Shown: positions 44,993-56,600 of the stretch, piece after piece
Layout: each line of letters opens with the position of its first letter
Position numbering within the stretch: position 1 is the first letter of the stretch
Source: Macrostomum lignano
Taxonomy: Eukaryota
Reading direction: 5' to 3'
Length of the DNA stretch: 64,000 nt
Assembly: GCA_002269645.1 (NCBI GenBank)
Contig: NIVC01002017.1
Span: forward strand, 1 to 64,000
Program-made: the position numbers and the translations under genes
Notes under the pieces: model-generated
Seen by the model: only the letters and a program-made list of their open reading frames with translations
What the model was told of the DNA's origin: nothing
Databases searched by the model: none

Positions 44993-47060
44993 TTCAACTT
45001 GTTCTGGACTTATCAGCACAATACCAATCTGTTCAACGAGAAAATAAGTACAGCGTGTTACGCTTTAAAACTGGACAGATCAGATCAGGCAGAATCGTCG
45101 GTCGGGTCGATGCTATTTGCTTGCTATCACAGCTTGTAGCGATGAGCGTATTTAATCCCTTCCTATTTTCCTCCCGGGTCGGTGCCCAAGTGTGCTTGGT
45201 ACTTTTTACTTTGATAAGTTGTATTTATAACAGAAGCCCCAGCCAGTGGCCCCTTTCGTTTGTCCCTCCTTACTCTTCTCCTCTCTATCTTTCCCCCCTC
45301 CCTCCAGGGTAAAGTGAACAGAGAATGGCCGGCCACATACTTCCCCCGCCCCCAAGCTTTTCCATGCCTTTCACGCTCAAACCCCGGCCAGGCCAATCAA
45401 AGGCCACGGCCCCCAACCACCCCAGCCCCAGCCCCCGCTAGTGCAATTAGCTCCAAACGCAAGCCCCAGAACCCTCCAGTGCGTTCCAGCCCCAGATAGG
45501 AGGGAGGGTGCGCTCGACCCGCGTGTGTGGGCGGCGGTTTGAATTCCGTACAAAACAAGGCGCCGCCTGGGTCCAGGGCTTCCAAGGGTGCGACGCGGGC
45601 GCTGTAAATAGAGGTGGCTGGCAGTGGTGGTGGAATTCGTGCGTCACCGCCCCTGGCCCAGACGACCGAGATTTCTATTTTTAATAGAGAGAACATAAAA
45701 GTTGTTTAACTTTTAAGGTAGGTAAGAGAAGAAAGTTTGTATTGTATGATGCATGTATTGAGTACGTGCTGCGTATGGTGGGGTGACAGCTTGGGCAGGG
45801 GCCCCGGACTTTGGCCTCCTCGCTGCCTACTAGACAAGCTTAAGAAGGGTGGGTTTTTTTAACGTTTTCTCTCGTCGCGTCAAATTCTTGCTTTCTTTGC
45901 AGAAAATGACCATGGAGCCCCGCTTGCTCAGCAGTTGCTTACGATGGAGGCCGAATGGTGGGGGCCGGGGGTACTTGAGCCGGCTGGCGTGTAGTAAAAC
46001 ATTTTCTATTATTTTTAGGGCAACAGCACCACCTTCAGGCAGCAATCCAGGGACCGAGGGTGGGGGTTAATTAGCAATTCCCATAAATAGCGCCTCACTC
46101 TCAGAATTGAGTAACGCCTGTTGTCTTTTTAAAGACAAAGTTCGAAGCTTGTCGTACTTGCTATACTGCTTCGAATGAAGTGGAGGGAGTTAAGTCTATT
46201 TAAGAGTAAATTACTATGCATTAAGTATCATCTGCTTACCCCCAGCGCACAGTATTTCTGGTGCGATATCTGTTAAATAATTCAGCAGTTGCGCACCCAC
46301 TCACTCACTGTCGCCTGTCGCAAGCTTTTGCCAGAAAATTCTGTTCAGGGTCTGGCGTTACCCAGCTCCGCAGTCTGCCCGAAAATTTTTCCTTACAATT
46401 TTTCACAGGGGCCCCCTTCCCCTCCACCGCTCATGGCTTGGTTGCGCCCCTTGATATTAATCGATCCTAAAAATGCCCTTCATCTGTTCCACGCTCCGAT
46501 GACACTATGAGTCATGCCATTTTTAAATTGCAAATCTATCTAAATAGTGGATGCATAAAAAAATATAGAGAATAAGATACGATATATTTATTTTACTCTA
46601 CTGTGAGTAGAATAGGTAGACCAGGTTAGCAGTTTTTCATTTGCATGTACTCTGTACTTGTATAAAATCAATAATGATACTGTTTCAGGGCAATAAAGTT
46701 TTCTATTTAATCTCTCATTCGCCACTTAAGAGAAGTGAAGAGTGTTAGTCAAACTTTAGTAAACTGCAACGTGCATGTTAAAGTGTGTGTACAGTTAGTG
46801 TGCGTACACTCTAAACCCTATAACAGATAGGAGTAATGTACAAACATCCACATGTATACTGAATCAGCATTATAATAATCGTTTGCCGTATTCTGTCCGT
46901 TTCCCTTATCAGGTTCATAAGCAAACAGAATTTTAATCAGACGCGCAGTACGCGCACAGATATTCAAGAGGCCATTTAGCCACTTCTTCAAAAAGAAGAA
47001 CTCATAGAAGAAAGGCGTTGCCGTATACAGAACAGGATAAACACAAGCAGCAATTAAACA

Positions 47061-50000
47061 ATGAGCAACCAGTTTGACACTTTCGATATCCAGCTGGCCA
47101 AGGACGGGCCCCACCTGTCTGGGGACGCTCTAAAAGGTGATTTATTGCTCAAAACGAAGAAGGACTTATCATTTGCTCGAATTGTTGTGCACCTGTATGG
47201 AGGCGGACGAGTGGAAATTGACGCCTCGGATACAGCTACTCAGGCTGCACAGGTATTAGTCCGTTGCTTTCTTGGGAATTCCCTTTTTACAGATAGAGAC
47301 TAGAAGATACGTGTACCTGTGAATGAAAATTGAGATTGAGCAGTGAGATGGGATAGATATAGTAGAGCATGAGATGAAGCATAATAGAGCATATAGAGCA
47401 TGAGATGAAGCATGATGTAGAGCATGAGATGAAGCATGATGTAGAGCATGAGATGAAGCATGATGTAGAGCATGAGATGAAGCATGATATACTGCATGAG
47501 ATGAAGCATGATAAAGAGCATGAGATGAAGCATGACGTAGAGGATGAGATGAATTATGATGTAGAGCATGAGATTGACATGACATAAAGCAAAAGAGCAC
47601 GAGAGCAAAAGAAGAAGCATGATATAAAATGATATTGAGTAGAAAATTGCTAGCAAAAATCTGAAGCTGATGCATAACTGAAATCCCGATTGCAAAATCC
47701 CATGATGGCAGGCAAAGTCGGCAGCTTCATCGACCATCTACCGCGACAGCCAGACCTACCTAAGCCACAGTCAGGTGCTATTAGACAGAGGCTCCCTAAC
47801 CAAAGGTAGATTGTACAAACTGCCATTCGAGCTGCATCTGCCAGATAGACTGCCAAGCTCGCACGGATCAATAATTAATTACAGTTTGACAGCCCTGGCT
47901 GACAGGGGCAACCCTGGCAAAGCGAGCTGCCTCAGCCTGCCAGTCACTGTTATTGGCCGGGTGGACTTGAATCTGCAGCCAGGCGGCGGCGATGGGGGCC
48001 AACTATGGCAGCCGATTGAGGTCTGGGGCCACTGGCAGCAGTCCACGAGCAGGTGAGATTGATGCTTATTTGATCGCAAATACTTGTGAGGGAAGAGGGA
48101 CTAGGGAAGAGGGACTAGGGAAGAGGGACTAGGGAAGAGGGACTAGGGAAGAGGGACTAGGGAAGAGGGACTAGGGAAGAGGGACTAGGGAAGAGGGACT
48201 AGGGAAAAGGGACTAGGGAAGAGGGACTAGGGAAAAGGGACTAGGGAAGAGGGACTAGGGAAGAGGGACTAGGGAAGAAGGACTAGGGAAGAGGGACTAC
48301 GGAAAAGGGACTAGGGAAGAGGGACTAGGGAAAGGGATTAGGGAAGAGGGTCTAGGGAAAAGGGACTAGGGAAGAGGGACTAGGGAAAAGGGATTAGGGA
48401 AGAGGGTCTAGGGAAAAGGGACTAGGGAAGAGGGACTAGGGAAAAGGGATTAGGGAAGAGGGTCTAGGAAAAAAGACTAGGGAAAAGAGACTAGGGAGGA
48501 GGAACGAAGGAAAAGAGACGAGGGAAAAGAGACTAGGGAAGAATGACTAAGGAAAAGGGACTAGGGAAAAGGGACTAGGGAAGAGGGACTAGGGAAAAGG
48601 GACTAGGGAAGAGGGACTAGGGAAAAGGGATTAGGGAAGAGGGTCTAGGGAAAAGGGACTAGGGAAAAGAGACTAGGGAGGAGGGACGAGGGAAAAGAGA
48701 CGAGGGAAAAGAGACTAGGGAAGAAGGACTAGGGAAAAGGGACTAGGGAAAAGGGACTAGGGAAAAGAGACTAGTGAGAGGGACGAGGGAAAAGAGACGA
48801 GGGAAAAGAGAATAGGGAAGAGGTACTAGGGAAAATAGACTAGGGAAAAAGGACTAGGGAAAAGGGCTAGGGAAGAGGGACTAGAGAAAAGGGACTAGGG
48901 AAAAGGGACTAGGGAAAAGGACTAGGGAAAAGGACTAGGGAAAAGAGACGAGGGAAAAGGGACAGGGAGGAGAGACTAGGGAAGAGGGACTAGGGAAAAG
49001 AGACTAGGGAGGAAAGAGACGAGGGAAAAGAGACTAGGGAGGAAAGAGACGAGGGAGAAGAGACTTAGGAAAAAGGACTAGGGAAAAGGGACTAGGGAAA
49101 AGGGACTAGGGAAGATGGACTAGGGAAAAGGGACTAGGGAAAAGGGACTAGGGAAAAGGGACCATGCTTGGGAGCAACCTAGGGATTCACCCGGCCGTTT
49201 CTATTGGCAACACACACATGTAAGTCGCTATTGGACAGAATAGTAGTCACGTGACTGCTCTCAGCCAATAGCGACTTACATGTATGTGTTTTGCCAATAG
49301 AAAAGGCCGGGGTGATTCCCAAGGTTGCGCATGTATGAAAGGGACTAGGGAAGATGGACTAGGGAAAAGGGACTAGGGAAGATGGACTAGGGAAAAGGGA
49401 CTAGGGAAGAGGGACCAGGGAAAAGAGACTAGGGAAGAAGGACTAGGGAAAAGGGACTAGGGAAAAGGGACTAGGGAAAAGGGACTAGGGAAAAGAGACT
49501 GAGGGAAAAGAGACGAGGGAGAAGGGACGAGAGAAGAGGGACTAGGAAAAAGGGACTAGGGAAGAGGGACTAGGGAAACCAAAGAACTGATGACTAGGGC
49601 ATGTCCACCTCGCAGAGGCGCGGCTTCAGTCCCTGAGCAGCGCCAGCGCCTGGACGGCCTGGGCCTCGCCACGGTCCGCCTGCTGGCGCACAAGCGCGGC
49701 TTCGCTATTGGCGAGTCAATGAGCCTCGAGGTGGAGGTGCGGAACAACACCAAGCTGAGGCTGGACTCGGTGCGGATCAGCCTCACGCAGAAGGCAGTGA
49801 TGCGGGCGGCAGCGGCGGAGGGAGGCGGCCCAGCCGCTCGGAAGGAGCATCGGACGGCTGTGCAGATTTGCCGGCTGCAGGAGCGGCTGAAGCCGGGCGC
49901 CTCGCTGCTGGAGGACGCCGTCCAGCTGACTGTGCCGTGGGTGGCCACCGCGCCTGTGCCTGGCAGCTGCCGTCTGCTGAGAATTGGCTATTGGATTCAG

Positions 50001-51529
50001 GTGATGTCTGACGCTCGCGCCAACGACCCCTGGGCAGAATTGCATTGGATTGCTGGTTGTTCGACAGGGTGCCCAAAGCCCTCCTGGGAATATTAGATGT
50101 ATCAGGTGATTCCCAACCAATCAGCGATTTTGACCAATCAGCGATCCCAGCCAATCAGCGGTCCCAGCCAATCAGCGATCCCAGCCAATCAGCGATCCCA
50201 ACCAATCAGCGATCCAACCAATCGTCGATCTCAACTAATCAGCGATCCAACCAATCAACGATCCCAACCAATCAGTGATCCCAACCAATCAACGATCCCA
50301 ACCAATCAGCGATCTCAACTTTAACAGGTAGGATTTTGCGTCCTGCCTGTACCTTCTGCTCACGTCGGATAGCAAAGAATTGAATTCGAAGCACGGTATT
50401 TCTGGGCCCAGGCTGCTGCGGTTCTACAGCCCAGCCGAGGCAATGGCCATGCCTTTGGGCCCGCAGAAGCGGGCGAGAGAAAAGTGAAGCGAACGCCTTC
50501 ACTGTCTGTCTTTTTATTTTAAACACGAGCAAACGCGTGGGAACGAAAATTCTTATATAAGCTACACAGAACAAATATGGTTTTAGGCAGCCGCCCTTCG
50601 CAAATATGACTGCATTCTATCAGCGATCAGCGATCAGCGATACCAACGAATCAGAAATCCCAGCCAATCAGCGATCCCAGCCAATCAGCGATCCCAGCCA
50701 ATCAGCGATCCTAGCCAATCAGTAATTGTTATGTTTTCAGGTTACTTCAATATGCTTAAGGCGTTAATTATTAGTGCTGATATCATAGCAGACTTTTACG
50801 CTGCTCCAAGGTTCTTAGTCTTGCTCTTATTTCTTTTTTATTTCACAGTTCTCACAGCGGGCTTTTAACCCAAGCCTGTTTTGCAGCTTCATTTAGTCCA
50901 TAGATAAAACAAAACGCGACAAACTGCATATGCAATTATAAATAATATCTACGTCATATCAGTAATCCCAGCCAATCAGCGATCCCAGCCAATCAGCGAT
51001 CCCAGCCAATCAGCGATCCCAGCCAATCAGCGATCCCAGCCAATCAGCGATCCCAGCCAATCAGCGATCCCAGCCAATCAGCGATCCCAGCCAATCAGCG
51101 ATCCCTAAAAAATTTCGCTCAAATTTCGCTCTCTCAAAAGCAATGTCCTGCCTGCAACGCTTTCAGGTCATATGCTCTGTGACGCCGGACCTGCACCCAG
51201 TGGCGAGCCTCGAACCCGTTGTCCAGACTCTCCTAACGGGACAGAAGCTGGACAAGCCTGAGCAGTCGATGGTGCTACTAGAAGAGCCAATTGTCATCGG
51301 CACTAACCAACTGGTTTCGCCGGCTGGAACTGCCGCTTCCGCCGAGACGAATCGCCGCGAGCCGCCGCCGAGACCGTCGGCTCCGCCGCCGGCGATGATT
51401 CGATCGGAGCGGCGCCAGAGCGCCGGAGCCGCTGCGTCGTCTGCGGCTGAGCCAAGTGCTCCGCCAAGCTATGAGGAGAGCCTGCTGCAGCGGCTGAGGG
51501 AGGAGGACGCGACGGGGGTGTTCGCTTGA
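47061..51529 (+). CDS. Alpha-arrestin (ARRDC-like), join(47061..47252,47775..48052,49616..50000,51167..51529), 405 aa
   Basis: Arrestin-N/C beta-sandwich pattern (LSGDALKGDLLL, YKLPFELHLPDRLPSS, KRGFAIGESMSLEVEVRNNT, EEPIVIGT) and a C-terminal PY motif PPSY. All introns are GT-AG with matching phases (0,2,0). Confidence 0.88.
47362..47575. repeat. 24-bp minisatellite (GAGCATGAGATGAAGCATGATGTA), arrestin intron 1
   Basis: About 8 tandem copies. Confidence 0.9.
48092..49576. repeat. 14-bp G-rich minisatellite (GGGACTAGGGAA[G/A]A), arrestin intron 2, interrupted by MITE copy 3
   Basis: Direct reading. Confidence 0.96.
49163..49337 (+). mobile_element. Near-palindromic hAT-type MITE, copy 3 (175 bp), inserted in the 14-bp array
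   Basis: Exact 8-bp TSD AAAGGGAC at 49155-49162 and 49338-49345. Homologous to copies 1 and 2. Confidence 0.92.
50112..51104. repeat. 17-bp minisatellite (CCAGCCAATCAGCGATC) in three blocks (about 50112-50318, 50620-50722, 50960-51104), arrestin intron 3
   Basis: The same unit occurs in three blocks separated by unique AT-rich segments. Confidence 0.92.
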
Positions 51530-51555
51530 CGTGCTCAGATGGAGACAGTGGCCGG

Positions 51556-51858
51556 TGGCAGTCTGAATGCTGTGGCTGAGTGTCTGAGAGTGGCAGTCTG
51601 AATGCTGTGGCTGAGTATCTGAGAGTGACAGTCTGAATGCTGTGGCTGAGTGTCTGAGAGTGACAGTCTGAATGCTGTGGCTGAGTGTCTGAGAGTGGCA
51701 GTCTGAATGCTGTGGCTGAGTGTCTGAGAGTGACAGTCTGAATGCTGTGGCTGAGTGTCTGAGAGTGGCAGTTTGAATGCTGTGGCTGAGTGTCTGAGAG
51801 TGGCAGTCTGAATGCTGTGGCTGAGTGTCTGAGAGTGGCAGTCTGAATGCTGTGGCTG
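51556..51858. repeat. 35-bp minisatellite (TGAGAGTGGCAGTCTGAATGCTGTGGCTGAGTGTC) just after the arrestin stop codon
   Basis: About 8.5 tandem copies. Confidence 0.94.
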
Positions 51859-52786
51859 ATCTAGTGTCTGAGAGAGAGAGTGATGTGAATATCGCAGACT
51901 TGAGTATTATTTACATTCAGTCGTATTCCCGTCATATTTTGAGTTCATTTCGTTACTTTCTAGTGAAATGTGCAGTGAACTCGCAAACTTTGAATCAAGT
52001 TCGTTTGAAAACCAATTTTTACCCAGACGTACAGAATAAACGTTTTGATAAGATTAATTATTATTAATGATATACTTCAATAAGCAATGTATCATTACGA
52101 GCTGACATGTGATACAGGTTAAAAAGAACAGTTAAGTGCGTCTTCGGAATCTTTCTGGCGTACAGCAGACAAACAAAATGAATTCAATTTCAAATCAATA
52201 TATTATATAGCGAACAGCTTAACCGTGGGAATTTAAAAGGCTACATTAAGGAGCTAAAGCATGTATGATAATATTTTTAGAATGCAGTTAGGATAAAATC
52301 GAGAAGGATCACGGCGCAAGGGGCGGGTTGATGAAGAGAACGGGAGGCTGAGATTCGAGCAGAAAATATTCTATAAAAATTGGAGCACCTGTTATCCTTC
52401 AGCAAAAACATAAACCAGGATTAAGAAGCGTCCCAGAGTCGCGCATCCGAGATGTTGCAGAAGTCAGCAGACAATTGAATTCGGTTTCGAGCCTACTTAT
52501 ACGAGTAGAGACAATGGGACGCTTCTAGAACGACTCGATATTTAAACTTGTCCCCCAGTTGTCTTTTAGCCGAAGCGCATATACCAAATTGATGAGGTCA
52601 AAATTAATTTCAAAATTCCCTTTTTGAAAGCCCAAATTCGCGACTACTCAGGAAAAAACATTTTCGGTTTCTTGCATGGGCGCTTTTCTCACCTGGAATT
52701 TCAAAAAGCGCATGCATAATTAAGGGGGCATTATAAGCTACAGGCCTCTGAACTCTTATTTCATCAAATTTAGGGGAGCACGAGCT

Positions 52787-53349
52787 TTGCCAGCCGGAAG
52801 GTTGCCAGCCGGAAGGTTGCCAGCCGGAAGGTTGCCAGCCGGAAGGTTGCCAGCCGGAAGGTTGCCAGCCGGAAGGTTGCCAGCCGGAAGGTTGCCAGCC
52901 GGAAGGTTGCCAGCCGGAAGGTTGCCAGCCGGAAGGTTGCCAGCCGGAAGGTTGCCAGCCGGAAGGTTGCCAGCCGGAAGGTTGCCAGCCGGAAGGTTGC
53001 CAGCCGGAAGGTTGCCAGCCGGAAGGTTGCCAGCCGGAAGGTTGCCAGCCGGAAGGTTGCCAGCCGGAAGGTTGCCAGCCGGAAGGTTGCCAGCCGGAAG
53101 GTTGCCAGCCGGAAGGTTGCCAGCCGGAAGGTTGCCAGCCGGAAGGTTGCCAGCCGGAAGGTTGCCAGCCGGAAGGTTGCCAGCCGGAAGGTTGCCAGCC
53201 GGAAGGTTGCCAGCCGGAAGGTTGCCAGCCGGAAGGTTGCCAGCCGGAAGGTTGCCAGCCGGAAGGTTGCCAGCCGGAAGGTTGCCAGCCGGAAGGTTGC
53301 CAGCCGGAAGGTTGCCAGCCGGAAGGTTGCCAGCCGGAAGGTTGCCAGC
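52787..53349. repeat. Perfect 15-bp tandem array (TTGCCAGCCGGAAGG) x 37.5
   Basis: No variant unit seen. An inverted copy lies at 53455-53475. Confidence 0.98.
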
Positions 53350-53655
53350 TGAGATCATTTGTAGCAAGGAAGGTATCAGCTGGGAATTTCAGCAACTGTC
53401 TAATTTCGCAATTGTGAATCGATTATGAAAGCTAAAGTATATATAATTAGTTTAGGCAACTTTCCGGCTGGCAACTTTCGCAGACCCGGGTCCCTAAGCT
53501 GATATTTTTCACTATTTGATCACTTTTGCTTCCCGCATGATATTTGCAAGTCCAGAAAGGTGAGAACATTAACTTTCAATTCGAAAAGCAAAATTTTGGT
53601 TTTCAATTTAAAACTGGCATCTGACTACCCCAGCAGTCCCCGATATCCAATCCAA

Positions 53656-56600
53656 TCAATGCACCGCCTCCTCCGCCGCCTCATCTGCCTTCCTCTTCTC
53701 TTCGCTGTCCAGCTCGATGGAGCGGTAGCCGTCAATTTCGGACTGCTCAACGCCGCAGCACCGCTGCAGCACCACGTTGATGATCAGAGCGGCCAGCTTG
53801 ATGTACATCATGAAAGCTTGGATCAGGAAGAACCAACGATAGTTGTTGCGCTCAGCGATCAGGGCTGTGAGCGCCGGGGAGATTGCCATGCCAACTCCCA
53901 TGCCAGCCAGGCTAAAGGGATAGGCATAGTGACCAGGCAGAGATGTGAGCTCCTCTCCAGCCGGGAACAGGAACGTGATGCTTGGCCCCATGGTGAAGCC
54001 GGTCAAGAAGGCCAGAAAGTTGCTGAGCATCCGGTCCGCGGCAAACAGCTCCCACACCACCAGCAGGCTGGCCATGACAGCTGTGCAGCCAATGAGGATC
54101 CACTTGAGCTTGTTGTGCAACAGGTCTCGGGTGAAGGCCGTTATGAGGGCGCCCAGCAGGTAGGTGCTGGCCTCGCCAGACGCGAACAGCAGGGTGAGGT
54201 AGGAGGCTTTCGTCAGGCTGCTCTCCCTGCGACGAACGTAGTCGGCCAGGTTTAGCAGCATGCCGTAGGTCACCACGCTGGTCATGATGCGGTCAATGAA
54301 CCACAGCACCAAGTAGGGAGCCCGCTTCCTGTCAATCTGAATGCGGGTCAATTTACTGCTAGTCAGGGGGTGCAGTAGCTGAGTGATTGGAGTTTGGTAG
54401 CTCAGTGATTGGGGTTTGGTAGCTGAGTGATTGGTGTGTGGTAGCTGAGTGATTGGTGTGTGGTAGCTGAGTGATTGGTGTGTGGTAGCTGAGTGATTGG
54501 TGTGTGGTAGCTGAGTGACTGGTGTGTGGTAGTTGAGTGATTGATGTGTGGTAGCTGAGTGATTGGGGTTTGGTAGTTGAGTGATTGTTGTGTGGTAGCT
54601 GAGTGATTGGTGTGTGGTAGCTGAGTGATTGGTGTGTGGTAGCTGAGTGATTGGTGTGTGGTAGCTGAGTGATTGGGGTTTGGTAGTTGAGTGATTGGTG
54701 TGTGGTAGCTGAGTGATTGGTGTGTGGTAGCTGAGTGATTGGGGTTTGGTAGCTGAGTGACTGGTGTGTGGTAGCTGAGTGACTGGTGTGTGGTAGCTGA
54801 GTGATTGGTGTGTGGTAGCTGAGTGATTCAGGTTTGGTAGCTGATTATTGGGGTTTGGTAGCTGAGTTATTGGGGCAAGGTAGCTGAGTGATTGGGGCAT
54901 GGTAGCTGAGTGATTGGGGCATGATAGCTGAGTGATTGGGGCATGGTAGCTGAGTGATTAGGGCATGGTAGCTGAGTGATTGGGGCATGGTAGCTGAGTG
55001 ATTGGGGTTTGGTAGCTGAGTGATCAGGGGTACACCAGGGGTACAAGAACACCAAGGAGCCAAACGTACCTGAGCCACTGCCGTCACGCAGCTCTTGTTG
55101 CTGACATAGTCTCCCAGCCCGGGCCTCTTGGCAAAGAAGATCACTCCGGACATGTTTACCACAAAATAGATGGCGCCCAAAACTAAGAAGGCATTTCGCC
55201 AATTGTACGCTTCAATGAGCGAAGCGTACATCTGGACGAATACAATAGAAGCTATGGATCCGCCAGACACGAGAGTGGTAGCCAGGATGTGGTAATTGTG
55301 CTGCTTGTCAAAGTACTCGTTCACAATGAGTCCAACCACGCTCAGGATGAAGGAGCTGCCAATTCCGTGGAACACTGTGTGAGAGAGGAAGAGCCAGTGC
55401 GGATTCGGAACATAGGCCGAGCTGATGCAGGCCAGCAGCACGAATGCGGAACCGGCGAATTGGAAAATCCGGAACCGGCGCCCGGACATGAGAATGACCG
55501 TGCTGCTCAGGGTGGTGGTCATGTAGCCCACGGCCGCGTAGCTGTCGCCTGGAATTCAGTGAGTTCGGTGCTGTTTTCTATTTGAACTGTTTTCTAATCG
55601 GCTGTTTTCTAATTGGCAGTTTTCTAATCGGCCGTTTTCTAATCGGCCATTTTCTAACCGGCTGTTTTCTAACCGGCTGTTTTCTAATCGGCCGTTTTCT
55701 AACCGCCTGTTTTCTAACCGCCTGTTTTCTAACCGCCTGTTTTCTAACCGGCTGTTTTCTAACCGCCTGTTTTCTAACCGCCTGTTTTCTAACCGCCTGT
55801 TTTCTAACCGCCTGTTTTCTAACCGCCTGTTTTCTAACCGCCTGTTTTCTAACCGCCTGTTTTCTAACCGCCTGTTTTCCAATCGGCTGTTTTCTAACCG
55901 GCTGTTTTCTAACCGGCTGTTTTCTAACCGGCTGTTTTCTAACCGGCTGTTTTCCAATCGGCTGTTTTCTAACCGGCTGTTTTCTAACCGCCTGTTTTCC
56001 AATCGGCTGTTTTCTAACCGGCTGTTTTCTAACCGGCTGTTTTCTAACCGGCTGTTTTCCAATCGGCTGTTTTCTAACCGGCTGTTTTCTAACCGCCTGT
56101 TTTCCAATCGGCTGTTTTCTAACCGGCTGTTTTCTAACCGCCTGTTTTCCAATCGGCTGTTTTCTAACCGCCTGTTTTCTAATCGGCTGTTTTCCAATCG
56201 GCTGTTTTCTAACCGGCTGTTTTCTAACCGGCTGTTTTCTAACCGCCTGTTTTCCAATCGGCTGTTTTCTAACCGGCTGTTTTCTAACCGGCTGTTTTCC
56301 AATCGGCTGTTTTCTAACCGGCTGTTTTCTAACCGCCTGTTTTCCAATCGGCTGTTTTCTAACCGGCTGTTTTCTAACCGGCTGTTTTCTAACCGGCTGT
56401 TTTCCAATCGGCTGTTTTCTAACCGGCTGTTTTCTAACCGCCTGTTTTCCAATCGGCTGTTTTCTAACCGGCTGTTTTCTAACCGGCTGTTTTCTAACCG
56501 GCTGTTTTCCAATCGGCTGTTTTCTAACCGGCTGTTTTCCAATCGGCTGTTTTCTAACCGGCTGTTTTCTAACCGGCTGTTTTCTAACCGCCTGTTTTCC

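Noticed and set aside
48092-49576. Interstitial telomeric repeat
   Set aside because: CTAGGG resembles TTAGGG, but the true period is 14 bp (GGGACTAGGGAAGA), not 6.
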